64,000 nt of DNA from Deltaproteobacteria bacterium (GTDB taxonomy: Bacteria; Desulfobacterota; RBG-13-43-22): positions 12,464-76,463 of the forward strand of contig JACQYK010000085.1 of NCBI GenBank assembly GCA_016208255.1. Reading direction: 5' to 3'. The notes under the pieces are model-generated. The model was not told where the DNA came from, searched no databases, and saw nothing but the letters and a program-made list of their open reading frames with translations. This document shows positions 29,628 to 39,053 of the stretch, one piece after another. Position numbers and translations under genes: made by a program. How positions within the stretch are numbered: the first letter of the stretch is position 1; each line of letters begins with the position of its first letter.

Positions 29628-31904
29628 CTAACCGTTTGGCTGAAGGGTGTTCTCAGCCAGGCGCAGTTCCAATAAGGTCTGAAGAAAGGCGAGGGTCGAT
29701 TCCGCGCCTTGATTTTCATTGGGGCGGTCGGGATGGAGGCCGTCCCGGCAACCTCCCGTGGTCGGGTCATAAACGGGCAGGTTCAAGTCGTTGCGCCCGA
29801 GAAACCAGTCGAAGGCCCGGCGGGCCTCCTTGTGCCAGCGTTCGTCCCCGGTACTCCGAAAGGCTTCGAGGCAGGCCGAGGCCATGGTTTGCGCCTCGAC
29901 CGGTTGTTGATCGAACCGGGCCCGTTCACCGCCGCGCTGATAAAAGCCATTGGATCCGATGGGGACAAAATGCCCCCCAGCCGCGTCAGCCCGCTGCAAG
30001 TCGGCCAGCCACTGGAGCGACTCCAATCCGGCCTCAGTCATGGTATTATTTGGGATCCACTGGCCGGACATGAGCAGGGCCTGTGGCAGCACGGCGTTGC
30101 AATAGGTCAACCCGGCCTCATTCCAGCACCATTCATCGGAACGGCAGTTTTTATAGGAAGTGAGCAATCGACCGGCCAATTCATCGCGAACCTGGTTAGC
30201 CCTGCGGTCCCCTTCAAAACGCCTGAGATACTCATGGATACCAATGAGGGCGAAGGCCCAGGCCCGGGGGCTGGTGGTCTTGAGAATAGCCGGCAAGGCT
30301 TGCTCAAATACCCAGCCGGCCATACTCTGGAGGGCCGGCGTGTTGGAGCGACCCAGGACGGTGCCCAAGGACCACAAGGTGCGGCCATGGCTGTCGTCGG
30401 AGCCGCTTTTTTCCAACCAATTACGCTGGTAATCCATAAAATTCCGAAATCGCCCGGTCTCCGTATTGAAGGCATAGCCGATGAAAGCGAGATAACGGGA
30501 AGCCAGTTTGAAGGCCTCGCCGTTGCCCAGTTCCTCCAAAAGAGTGCTGACGATCAGGGCCCGGGCGTTGTCGTCGATACTGTAACCCTCCCGATAGTTG
30601 GGTATCGTGAAAGTTGCGTGTTGCAACATGCCGGTGTCGTCCGTCATGAGGTATAAATGATCGAGTTTGAGAGGGGGAAGTTCACCAGGACGTTTATCGA
30701 GCGGTTTGACGGCGAAGCCCAACGGGGTGAAATGACGGCGTTCGTCCCTGGCTCGTTTAAAACTCTCCATGTAGCTTCGGGCCACGATAGGCCAGACCAT
30801 CGCCCGCCCGAACAGATAAGCCCGTTTGCGCATGGCGTGGCGTTTAGGTTCGTGGTCCAACAGGTCAATCACTTTCTCAGCCAGGGCCGCCGGATCGTGA
30901 AACGGGACTAAGGTCCCCCGTTTTTCGGCCAGCAGCTCTTCGGCATACCAGTAGGGCGTCGAAATCACGGCCTTGCCCGCTCCCAGGGTGTAGGCCAGGG
31001 TACCCGAGGTGATCTGGGCCTCGTTGAGATAAGGGGTGATGTAAATGTCCGCCGCGCCGATAAACTCAACCAGTTCTTCCAAGCTGACAAAGCGGTTATA
31101 AAAGATAACCTGACCCTCCACCCCTTTCTCCTGGGCCAGCCATTGCAGGGACAGCCGGTAGGATTCGCCTTCGTTTCGTACGACATGGGGATGGGTGGCA
31201 CCCAGGATGATATAGACCACATTCGGATGGCGGGCCAAAATAGCGGGCAGAGCGGCAATAACCGTTTCGATCCCTTTATTCGCGGAGAGCAAACCAAAAC
31301 TGAGCAAGACGGTTTTCCCTTCAACGCCAAAAAGGTCTTTGTGGAAGCTGGGGTCCATAAAGGGCACATCAGGGATGCCATGGGGGATAAAATCAATTTT
31401 CTCCGGCGGGACCCCATAGATCTTTTTTAAGAATTCCCGGCCGCGCTCACTCATAACTACCAACCGATCGGACAGGGCCGAGACTTCTTCCAACACCCGT
31501 TGCTGATCGGGGTCGGGATCATGCAGAATGGTATGGAAAGTGGTAACGATCGGCATGCGCAATTCTCGAAGAAGGGCCAGGATGTGACTGCCGGCCCGTC
31601 CGCCGAAAATGCCATATTCGTGCTGCAAACAGATGAGGTCCACGCTGTTGATATTCAGGAAGTCGGCGGCGCGGCGGTAGGAATCAATATCCTTCTCGGC
31701 CAGTTCAAAGCGAACGCGGGCCGGGTAGGGGTAACCGGCCTCTGTATCGTTGACGGGCAGGGCAATGCAGGTCGTGCCTTGGTATTCGGAGGCAATGGCC
31801 TCACATAAATCGGTGGTAAAGGTGGCGATCCCGCACTGGCGCGGCAGGTAGTTGCCGATGAATCCGATACGGTTGATGTTTGAATGGGTCGAGCCGTTTT
31901 CCAT
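29628..31904 (-). CDS. GT4 glycosyltransferase fused to a C-terminal helical (six-hairpin glycosidase-like) domain
   Basis: N-half: YLPRQCGIATFT, FGLLSANKG, SGTLAY..GAGK. C-half: DDTGMLQHA, DDNARAL, FDQQPVE, DGLHPDRPNENQGAES. Confidence 0.88.
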   Translation of the reverse strand: MENGSTHSNINRIGFIGNYLPRQCGIATFTTDLCEAIASEYQGTTCIALPVNDTEAGYPYPARVRFELAEKDIDSYRRAADFLNINSVDLICLQHEYGIFGGRAGSHILALLRELRMPIVTTFHTILHDPDPDQQRVLEEVSALSDRLVVMSERGREFLKKIYGVPPEKIDFIPHGIPDVPFMDPSFHKDLFGVEGKTVLLSFGLLSANKGIETVIAALPAILARHPNVVYIILGATHPHVVRNEGESYRLSLQWLAQEKGVEGQVIFYNRFVSLEELVEFIGAADIYITPYLNEAQITSGTLAYTLGAGKAVISTPYWYAEELLAEKRGTLVPFHDPAALAEKVIDLLDHEPKRHAMRKRAYLFGRAMVWPIVARSYMESFKRARDERRHFTPLGFAVKPLDKRPGELPPLKLDHLYLMTDDTGMLQHATFTIPNYREGYSIDDNARALIVSTLLEELGNGEAFKLASRYLAFIGYAFNTETGRFRNFMDYQRNWLEKSGSDDSHGRTLWSLGTVLGRSNTPALQSMAGWVFEQALPAILKTTSPRAWAFALIGIHEYLRRFEGDRRANQVRDELAGRLLTSYKNCRSDEWCWNEAGLTYCNAVLPQALLMSGQWIPNNTMTEAGLESLQWLADLQRADAAGGHFVPIGSNGFYQRGGERARFDQQPVEAQTMASACLEAFRSTGDERWHKEARRAFDWFLGRNDLNLPVYDPTTGGCRDGLHPDRPNENQGAESTLAFLQTLLELRLAENTLQPNG

Positions 31905-31956
31905 GACCAATATTTCCTTTATGAATGATTGACGGGGCTGACCCGCGGCCATAAGT

Positions 31957-32106
31957 CTACAATCGTTTTCGGCCCTGAAAAACTTGGATCAATATTACGA
32001 CGATGGCGATGACCAGCAGGATATGAACGACCCCGCCCATCGTGTAACCGCTGATTAACCCCAGAAGCCACAAAATTAAGAGGATCACAAATATGGTCCA
32101 AAGCAT
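31957..32106 (-). CDS. lmo0937-family small membrane protein (49 aa, below the ORF-track cut-off)
   Basis: Translates as MLWTIFVILLILWLLGLISGYTMGGVVHILLVIAIVVILIQVFQGRKRL. GGAGG RBS. Confidence 0.88.
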   Translation of the reverse strand: MLWTIFVILLILWLLGLISGYTMGGVVHILLVIAIVVILIQVFQGRKRL

Positions 32107-32167
32107 TGATGCCTCCTTTCCAGCAACCTAAGTGCCTATCTTTTATAAGGGGTCAATGGGCCAAGCA

Positions 32168-32876
32168 TTACTTCTTTTTCTTGAAAGGACTTTTGATAAC
32201 AACCTTTATGCCGCCGATGGTGCCGGTAACTGCTTTCCGAATGGCCGCACCGGTTTCACCGCCAATTTTCTGAGCTGCCTCAATGGCCCCTGTTGCTGCT
32301 GCCGAAGCTGCCTCTTCTGCTGATACGCCGATCTCTTTCGCTGCCTCAATAGCCCCCAGCACGGCATTTTTGGCTACGGAAGCCACGTCCCCGCCAAATT
32401 CCGAAGCCCCCAGCACCAGCCCTTTAGAGGTGTCCACCCTGTGCTGCTTCTGCCGCAGCTTCTTCCGCTGATCCGGCAATATCCCTCGTCCCCTTTATGG
32501 CTCCGACAACAACACTCTTGGTTACGGAGGCGATGTCACCACCAATCTTTGAGGTCCCTTTTACCGCCCCTCGGACAGTTTCCCTGATGACGGCGGTGGA
32601 AAAAGAACCTGCCTCATGAACTCCCCTGATGATACCGACTATCGAATTCCTGGTAACGGTTGTCAAATCCGCTCCAACCTCTCCGGCAGCTTTAATGGCC
32701 CCCGTCATGGTTCCGGCTACAACGGAGGTTATTCCCGTTCCGACGTCTTTCACTCCTTCCAGGGCTTTTGTTACCGTGGCACTCACCACATCGACTATTC
32801 CCACTGCAGCTTCCCTGGATTCCTTTAAAACCCCGACGACGCTATTTTTTATCGTCTCTCCAATATTTTTTACCAT
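32168..32876 (-). pseudogene. Ala/Gly-rich repeat protein split by a frameshift or deletion near 32435
   Basis: Two overlapping ORFs (32424-32876 and 32168-32479) share the repeat GGD(I/V)ASV.K..V.GAI......SAEEAA. The frame switches at ...GCACAGG|GTGGACACC. Confidence 0.65.
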
Positions 32877-32939
32877 GGGACCGTCTCCTTTTTCATCTGT
32901 CCTTAATTTATTAAATCAACCCTAACGTCCCGCACTGCC

Positions 32940-33329
32940 CTATGGCCTTGACTGACCGGTTTTTCCCTCCTCTATGGCGGTCTGCCCCAATCGGATAGCC
33001 AGAATACCCACAACTAATCCGGTTATAGCCGCCATTCCCAGGACCATCCAGGTATTGGCCCGAACGTAGTCCTTCGTAGCTTTGGCGGCCGATCGGGTCC
33101 TGGCAGCTACCGCTTCTTCCTCCTCGGTGAGCCAGTCATTGGCGGCTTTTAGCGATTTCTTCGCCTTGCTTTGCACTGCACTAATCCATTCCCTGGTCTG
33201 ATCCGAAGCGGCCTTTTTCAGTAATCCTTCCGCATCGTTGACCACGGTCTTAAGATCCTCCATTAGTTTTTTCATGGTGATTTGTTCGACCTCACCCATT
33301 GTTTCCGTTTCCGGCCTGGTCATACTCAT
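32940..33329 (-). CDS. DUF883 / ElaB-YqjD family protein
   Basis: LMEDLKTVVNDAEGLLK...YVRAN.W..LG.AA..GLVVG.L C-terminal anchor. GGAAGGAG RBS. Confidence 0.8.
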   Translation of the reverse strand: MSMTRPETETMGEVEQITMKKLMEDLKTVVNDAEGLLKKAASDQTREWISAVQSKAKKSLKAANDWLTEEEEAVAARTRSAAKATKDYVRANTWMVLGMAAITGLVVGILAIRLGQTAIEEGKTGQSRP

Positions 33330-33425
33330 ACGACAACTCCTTCCATTATAAATATAAAAATGCTGATTATTTTCCCGATTAATCACCTAAGTCAGCCGGA
33401 AAGGTCTTTTCCGGATGAGAACTAT

Positions 33426-34970
33426 TTATTTCCATCCTTCCCCTTTTCCCTCCCGGATCAGGTCGATCCCGAAGTTTAATCCAAATGTTTTTCGGAAATG
33501 GAATCCATAAATCGAATAGGTTATGGCCAGGGGCAAAAGCTGCGGCCGTTTGAATAAAGACCAAAAAAGAAGTTTCCAGTAATAAACCCGGCCATTATCC
33601 TTTATTCCCAATAATACAAAGGTCTTGAATGGGGCGATCAGATACAAAAAATGCCAGCGGAGGTACCCGATATGGAAGTGTATTTTTTTCTTTTCCGGAG
33701 GCCGATAGTCCTTTAAATATCCCTTCACCCGCTCATAGTAGGATCGGGGAGAATAGACTCCGTGAACTATTTTTCTGTATCCCTCGGCCAGTCTTTCGTA
33801 ACCCATTTTGGGGATGATATTGGTTGAAAAATCGGTATTGTCGCCGCTGACCTCTTTCAACAACCGGCCTTCTTTTTGAAGCCGCTCGTAAAGTCGGCTA
33901 CCAAGCGGGGCATTAAGCATACCGACCATAGCCGTAATAATTTTACTTTTTTGAATGAACTCGATCTGCCGTTCAAATATTTCAGGAGAATCATTGTCAA
34001 ATCCGACGATGAAGCCTCCGCGCACGTTTAAACCGGAACTTTGAATTTTTTCCACACTGCTGATGAGATCACGATTTCTGTTCTGAGATTTGTGGCATTC
34101 CTTTAATGCCTGATCGTCCGGGGTCTCAATGCCGACAAAAACGTTATCAAAGCCGGTCCGGGTCATCAGTCTTATCAATTCGTCATCATCAGCCAGATCT
34201 ATGGACACTTCCGTAGCAAAATTAAAAGGGTACCTCCTTTTTTTCATCCAGTCGTTCATGGCCGGCAAGACCTCTTCCTTAAGTTTTTTCTTATTACCTA
34301 TGAAATTATCATCCACAAAGAAGACGCCGCCCCTCCAGCCCAGCGAGTAGAGCGTCTCTAATTCATCCAGTACCTGACTTACGCTTTTGGTTCGGGCCCG
34401 GTGACCGAAAAGGGTGGTGATATCACAAAATTCACAACTGAAGGGACAGCCCCGGGAATATTGTATATTCATGGCCACATATCTTTTCATCTCAAGCAGT
34501 TTCCAGAGAGGAATCGGGGTATTTTCTAAATTCGGAAATGATTTGGAGGTATAAAGATGTTCGGCTTGGCCATTTCCCCAATCCTTTAAAAAAAGTGGGA
34601 GGGTTGTCTCGGCTTCATTGAGCACCAAATGATCCACATCCGAAAAATCTTCCCAGGCGGCGGTAAAAAGGGGTCCACCGGCTACAATTTTAACGCCTGC
34701 TTTCTTACACCTGGAAATAACCTCTCGGGCTGATTTTTTTTGAACCGTCATGGCACTGATAAAAACATAATCGGCCCACTGAAGGTCCTGGTCCTTTAAA
34801 TCAGACACGTTCATATCGACCAGCCTTTTTTCCCATTCTTCAGGAAGCATGGCGGCCACCGTGAGCAAGCCCAGCGGCGGATGAACGGCCCTTTTCGATA
34901 TGAAGGACAGGGCATGCTTGAAACTCCAGAAGGTATCCGGGTACTTCGGGTAGACCATAAGCACTTTCAT
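33426..34970 (-). CDS. B12-binding radical SAM protein (DUF4070-type C-terminus)
   Basis: PPLGLLTVAAMLP, SRGCPFSCEFC (CxxxCxxC), FVDDNFIG and GFIVGFDND. Confidence 0.92.
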   Translation of the reverse strand: MKVLMVYPKYPDTFWSFKHALSFISKRAVHPPLGLLTVAAMLPEEWEKRLVDMNVSDLKDQDLQWADYVFISAMTVQKKSAREVISRCKKAGVKIVAGGPLFTAAWEDFSDVDHLVLNEAETTLPLFLKDWGNGQAEHLYTSKSFPNLENTPIPLWKLLEMKRYVAMNIQYSRGCPFSCEFCDITTLFGHRARTKSVSQVLDELETLYSLGWRGGVFFVDDNFIGNKKKLKEEVLPAMNDWMKKRRYPFNFATEVSIDLADDDELIRLMTRTGFDNVFVGIETPDDQALKECHKSQNRNRDLISSVEKIQSSGLNVRGGFIVGFDNDSPEIFERQIEFIQKSKIITAMVGMLNAPLGSRLYERLQKEGRLLKEVSGDNTDFSTNIIPKMGYERLAEGYRKIVHGVYSPRSYYERVKGYLKDYRPPEKKKIHFHIGYLRWHFLYLIAPFKTFVLLGIKDNGRVYYWKLLFWSLFKRPQLLPLAITYSIYGFHFRKTFGLNFGIDLIREGKGEGWK

Positions 34971-35027
34971 TGTTTTTTCCTTTGATTGCTAGGAATGGAT
35001 TTTCCCCAAGGGGATTTATGTCGGTGA

Positions 35028-36935
35028 CTAGCCTCCAGTTCCGGGTTTGGATTCGGACAACATTTTTCTTAGCTCTTCTCCCTGGACGATTTCCTGCTGT
35101 GAAAGGAGGTGGGCCAAATCATCGAGGACCTTCCGCCGCTCCAAGAGGATACCTTGCACCCTTTGATGGGCTTCCTCGATGACCCGGGCGACTTCTTCAT
35201 CTATCTGACCGGCTTTTTCTTCACTGTAGGTTTTACTTTGGGAAAAACCTTCCGGGAGGAACATCGACTGACGAGGCCGCTCGTAGGTCACCAGCCCCAG
35301 GCGATCGCTCATGCCATATTCGGCGACCATGGACCGGGCAATGTCCGTGGCCCGCTGCAAGTCGTTTTGGGCCCCGGTGGAGATTTCTTTGAAAACCAGC
35401 TCTTCCGCCACCCGGCCGCCTAAAAAAACGGCCAGCCGGTCCAATAACTCCGAGCGGGTCATTAAATAACGATCCTCGGTGGGTTGTTGCTGGGTATATC
35501 CAAGGGCGGCGATCCCTCGCGGAATAATGGAGATTTTGTGCACCGGATCGGCATGTTCTACCGATTCGGCCACAATGGCATGTCCGGACTCATGAAAGGC
35601 GACGATTTCTTTCTCCTGCGGATTCATAACCCGGGTTTTTTTCTGCAGGCCTCCGACCACCCGGTCGATGGCCTCGTCAAGATCCGCCAATTCGACCATT
35701 TCTTTGCTTTTCCGGGCGGCCAACAGGGCGGCCTCATTGATCAGGTTGGCCAGATCCGCCCCTACAAAACCCGGCGTACGACCGGCGATCTTACGGAGAT
35801 CGACATCGGGACCTAATCGGACATTCTGGGAATGGATTTTCAGGATGGCCTCCCGTCCGTTGATATCCGGACGATCCACCAGTACCTGCCGATCAAAACG
35901 TCCCGGGCGTAACAAGGCCGGATCCAGGATTTCCGGCCGGTTGGTGGCGGCCATGATGATAACCCCTTTATTGGTTTCGAATCCATCCATCTCCACCAGG
36001 AGCTGGTTGAGCGTTTGTTCCTGTTCGTCATGCCCACCCATGACATTGACTCCCCGGGCCTTTCCTAAGGCGTCCAGTTCATCGATGAAGATGATGCAGG
36101 GGGCCTGGGCAGCGGCCTGAGAAAAAAGATCGCGCACCCGTGCGGCCCCTACGCCGACGAACATCTCCACAAACTCGGATCCGCTGATGCTGAAGAAAGG
36201 GACTTTGGCCTCGCCGGCCACCGCTCTGGCCAGAAGGGTCTTACCGGTCCCCGGCGGGCCGACCAGAAGTACCCCTTTGGGAATCCTTCCTCCCAGCTTC
36301 TGGAATTTATCCGGGGTGCTCAAAAATTCCACGACCTCCTGAAGCTCTTCCTTGGCTTCATCGATACCGGCCACATCGGCGAAGGTGACCTTGGTTTCGC
36401 TCTGGGCAAAAAGTTTGGCTTTGCTCTTGCTGAAAGACATGACTCCCATCCCCGGCCCCATCTTTTTCATGGCGAAGCGCCAGATCAGGAAAAAAATACC
36501 GATTGGAATGATCCAGGAAAGAAGGCCGCTCAGAAATTTACTCTCATATTGTCCGGAGTAATTGACCTTTTGCGCGTCCAGATCCTTCACCAGTTCGGGA
36601 TCATTTACCCGAATCGTGGTAAATTCCTGCCCCGGCTTTTTTTCTTTGCCTTTGAGAGTTCCGCTGATTTTTTCCGGGGCGATAGTCAATTTAACCACAT
36701 TTCCTTCAGCCAGGTATTGTTTGAACCGGCTGTAAGGAATGGTCTCCACTTTTCGAGAGAGAAAGTATTGTTGAACGAAGGTAAATAACAGGAAGACGAT
36801 CAGGAAATACCAGATGCTGAAATGCGCCTTGGGGGGCAAGGCGTTCTTCTTTTTCTGGGGGTCCTGGGGGTTGAAGAGAGAACGAAACTTGTCCTTTACA
36901 TATTCCAGGCGTTCTTTTATTTCATTGGATGGCAT
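35028..36935 (-). CDS. ftsH: ATP-dependent zinc metalloprotease FtsH
   Basis: Two TM helices, [25 protein letters not shown] and HESGH zinc motif. Confidence 0.96.
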   Translation of the reverse strand: MPSNEIKERLEYVKDKFRSLFNPQDPQKKKNALPPKAHFSIWYFLIVFLLFTFVQQYFLSRKVETIPYSRFKQYLAEGNVVKLTIAPEKISGTLKGKEKKPGQEFTTIRVNDPELVKDLDAQKVNYSGQYESKFLSGLLSWIIPIGIFFLIWRFAMKKMGPGMGVMSFSKSKAKLFAQSETKVTFADVAGIDEAKEELQEVVEFLSTPDKFQKLGGRIPKGVLLVGPPGTGKTLLARAVAGEAKVPFFSISGSEFVEMFVGVGAARVRDLFSQAAAQAPCIIFIDELDALGKARGVNVMGGHDEQEQTLNQLLVEMDGFETNKGVIIMAATNRPEILDPALLRPGRFDRQVLVDRPDINGREAILKIHSQNVRLGPDVDLRKIAGRTPGFVGADLANLINEAALLAARKSKEMVELADLDEAIDRVVGGLQKKTRVMNPQEKEIVAFHESGHAIVAESVEHADPVHKISIIPRGIAALGYTQQQPTEDRYLMTRSELLDRLAVFLGGRVAEELVFKEISTGAQNDLQRATDIARSMVAEYGMSDRLGLVTYERPRQSMFLPEGFSQSKTYSEEKAGQIDEEVARVIEEAHQRVQGILLERRKVLDDLAHLLSQQEIVQGEELRKMLSESKPGTGG

Positions 36936-37248
36936 TGTTTCCCTTCATACTTTGAAAATAAACCTTGGCATGAGCGGCCGATTTTTTCTGTCAGAGATGC
37001 TCGATTAATTTCAGGTAAGATAGATCTGCTTTTAAGAAGTTCGTGAAAAAAATTATTGAAAAAGACTTGGCCAAAAAGCTCAAAGCAGCCCTCCGGGTGA
37101 AAAGTAATCCGGTAATCCTTCCTGGCGGCCGAAATTAGTCCGCCATATCCTTAGGCCCATTATACTTGCGGGACCCCGACTTTGTTTGAACTTTCCTTTT
37201 CCCCTGCAGATGGATCCTTTTCGTATTTCAATTTAAGCAATTTTTCTT

Positions 37249-37554
37249 TTAAATTTTCTCTAATCCTGCCGGGTGGGACACGGAGTGGAACATCATTTCA
37301 TAAGGCTCCTGAAGAAGGTTCATCGCCCCCCGGAGTACCCTGAAATGCTCCGATTTTAAATGGGTCAGAAGGTGCTCACGGGTATCCCATTCTTCAAGAA
37401 GGCAGAGTTCGTTTTCCCTTTCAATACTCTGATAAAAATCGCAGCGGTTGCATCCCCTCTCAATCCTTATAGAACCGCTCAATAAAGCGATGGTTTGAGA
37501 CAGCTCCAGCTGCTTCTCAGGAAAAACCCTCATGCGTATGACAACCAGAATCAT
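37249..37554 (-). CDS. Antibiotic biosynthesis monooxygenase (ABM) domain protein
   Basis: R.E.GC....YQ......L.LLEEW.....L..HL.SEHF pattern. Confidence 0.8.
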   Translation of the reverse strand: MILVVIRMRVFPEKQLELSQTIALLSGSIRIERGCNRCDFYQSIERENELCLLEEWDTREHLLTHLKSEHFRVLRGAMNLLQEPYEMMFHSVSHPAGLEKI

Positions 37555-37567
37555 AAGCAAAGATTAA

Positions 37568-37584
37568 TGCAAAGTGATTGCCAA
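37568..37584 (-). promoter_or_regulatory. Sigma54 (-24/-12) promoter
   Basis: Minus strand TTGGCAATCACTTTGCA gives an exact GG-N10-GC with TGGCA and TTGCA context. Confidence 0.8.
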
Positions 37585-37908
37585 AGATCCGCAAGAAAAA
37601 TAAATTTGGAATCAGGTCTGATATCGAAGGGTTTGATTAATCGGGAAGAATAGTGAAGGAGGTTGAAAGATTAGGTTTGGCCACCATATTTAGTGGAACC
37701 TCCATATATTGAGGGAGATCTTTGAGGGTAACCCAACAACTTGGCGGGCGTCTGAAACCGGGTACCGCCCCGAAGAGGCGGGAATGAACCCTGCCGGACA
37801 CGGTCTCCACCATCTTTATGATCTTTTATTTTATCTGGCTGAACGCAAGATCGATTATCCTTCACCGGATAAAAAAATAGAAGACCGGGGACTGAAGAAA
37901 TTTATTTC

Positions 37909-37937
37909 TTGACCTTAATTATTTAGCATGCTAATAT
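37909..37937 (+). promoter_or_regulatory. Sigma70 promoter overlapped by the palindrome TTAGCATGCTAA (37923-37934), a candidate MarR operator
   Basis: TTGACC-17 nt-TAATAT with TG extended -10, and a perfect 12-bp palindrome. A MarR gene lies downstream on the same strand. Confidence 0.6.
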
Positions 37938-37978
37938 TACACCAACTAAATAAATATCATCTAAAGGAGGACTCCCCG

Positions 37979-38737
37979 ATGAAGGATTTTTTAGAAAAAA
38001 TTAAAGAATTCACCACCCGAAACGATATTCCGGTTTTAGGGATCGGCAGGGCCTCCCACCTTGAAAACAGCGCCCCCCAGGGTTATAGACCTTCTGATCT
38101 CCTTCCGGCGGCAAAAAGCCTGCTTTGCCTGGGAATCCCGGTTCCCAAAGGAATATTTAAGTGCGGGGCAAGGGCCAATGAGACTTATTGGAGGGCGGCT
38201 AATACCTACTACCGGAATATCGATGCGACGCTGATGCAGCTTGCACGGATTATAGAGGAAACAGGCGAGACGGCCATTCCCGTCTATGGGTGATTTCCCT
38301 ATGAAGTCAGAGGTCGGGGCGACTTCTGGGGATATCTGTCATTGGTGGCCATGGCCGAATCAGTCGGGATCGGGAAGACCGGCAAGAACGGATTGTTATT
38401 CAATTCCCGATATGGGCCGAGGTTGATTCTGGGCGGTCTGGTGACATCAGCCGCATTACCGGAAATAACCTGGCCTGATCAAAAAGAGATCGGCTGCCCG
38501 GAAGGGTGCTTCATCTGCCAGGAGAACTGCCCGGTCAGGGCCATTGATAAAATCGGGAAGGTGAACCGACTGGCCTGTGCCAAGTATTCGCAGAAAACTC
38601 CCCTCTTTTCTTACCTCATGAAGACGAAGACTTTTGATCCCGCAGACGTGCCGATGCTCAATCACGTAACAGGCGTGGATGATCATGCCATGTATACCTG
38701 TATCAAATGTGTCTCCACCTGTCCTTATACTGCCTAA
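37979..38737 (+). CDS. QueG/reductive-dehalogenase-like 2x[4Fe-4S] protein, probable selenoprotein (TGA at 38291-38293 = codon 105)
   Basis: The two listed ORFs are in the same frame, separated by a single TGA. Motifs P.DLLP.AKS, AESVGIG..GKNGLL....YGPRLILG, CxxxCxxCxxxCP and CxxCxxxCP. AAGGAGG RBS and a SECIS-like hairpin after the TGA. Confidence 0.82.
38296..38332 (+). promoter_or_regulatory. Bacterial SECIS-like hairpin
   Basis: TCCCTA-[T bulge]-GAAGTC / loop AGAGGTCGGGGC / GACTTC-TGGGGA, beginning 3 nt after the in-frame TGA. Confidence 0.75.
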
Positions 38738-38834
38738 GTGAGGTTTATAATTTGAAAAATTGTAACACTTTAGCTTTATGAAAAAAGAATTATCAGAAGG
38801 TTTAAGCGGTTCCCAAAAGGGAACCTTTGTTGAT

Positions 38835-39014
38835 GTCGGCCAGCGCCGACCGAACGGATGTACATGTTTTTGCTCAGGCTCCGGAAGACCCTGAGCAACT
38901 TCAATCCGCTTCCAGCGGAAGCTGATGACCCTGTCCGTCAGGTGATTCGGTTTGTGCCTTTCTTCCGGAAAGGCACAAAAATCATTTGAATTTCAAAAAG
39001 CTAAACAGATACGA
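38835..39014 (+). repeat. Family-D structured repeat plus a family-B-like hairpin and the shared ...CTAAA..GATACGA tail
   Basis: TTTTGCTCAGGCTCCGGAAGACCCTGAGCAA...TGATTCGGTTTGTGCCTTTC..GAAAGGCACAAA, also at 43215, 57045 (reverse) and 63741. Confidence 0.88.
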
Positions 39015-39053
39015 AAAATTTTATAATGGGAAAAATTTGGGAGGACCAAGTAA

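Noticed and set aside
37090-37190. c-di-GMP-I (GEMM) riboswitch upstream of ftsH
   Set aside because: It has a GGGCCTAA-like piece but lacks the GYAAA-C..GNRA..GG.CGCAAAG first stem. Kept only as an unassigned candidate RNA.
37709-37912. 67-aa ORF upstream of the selenoprotein gene
   Set aside because: TTG start without a clear RBS and no recognisable motif. It may be a gene remnant but cannot be supported.
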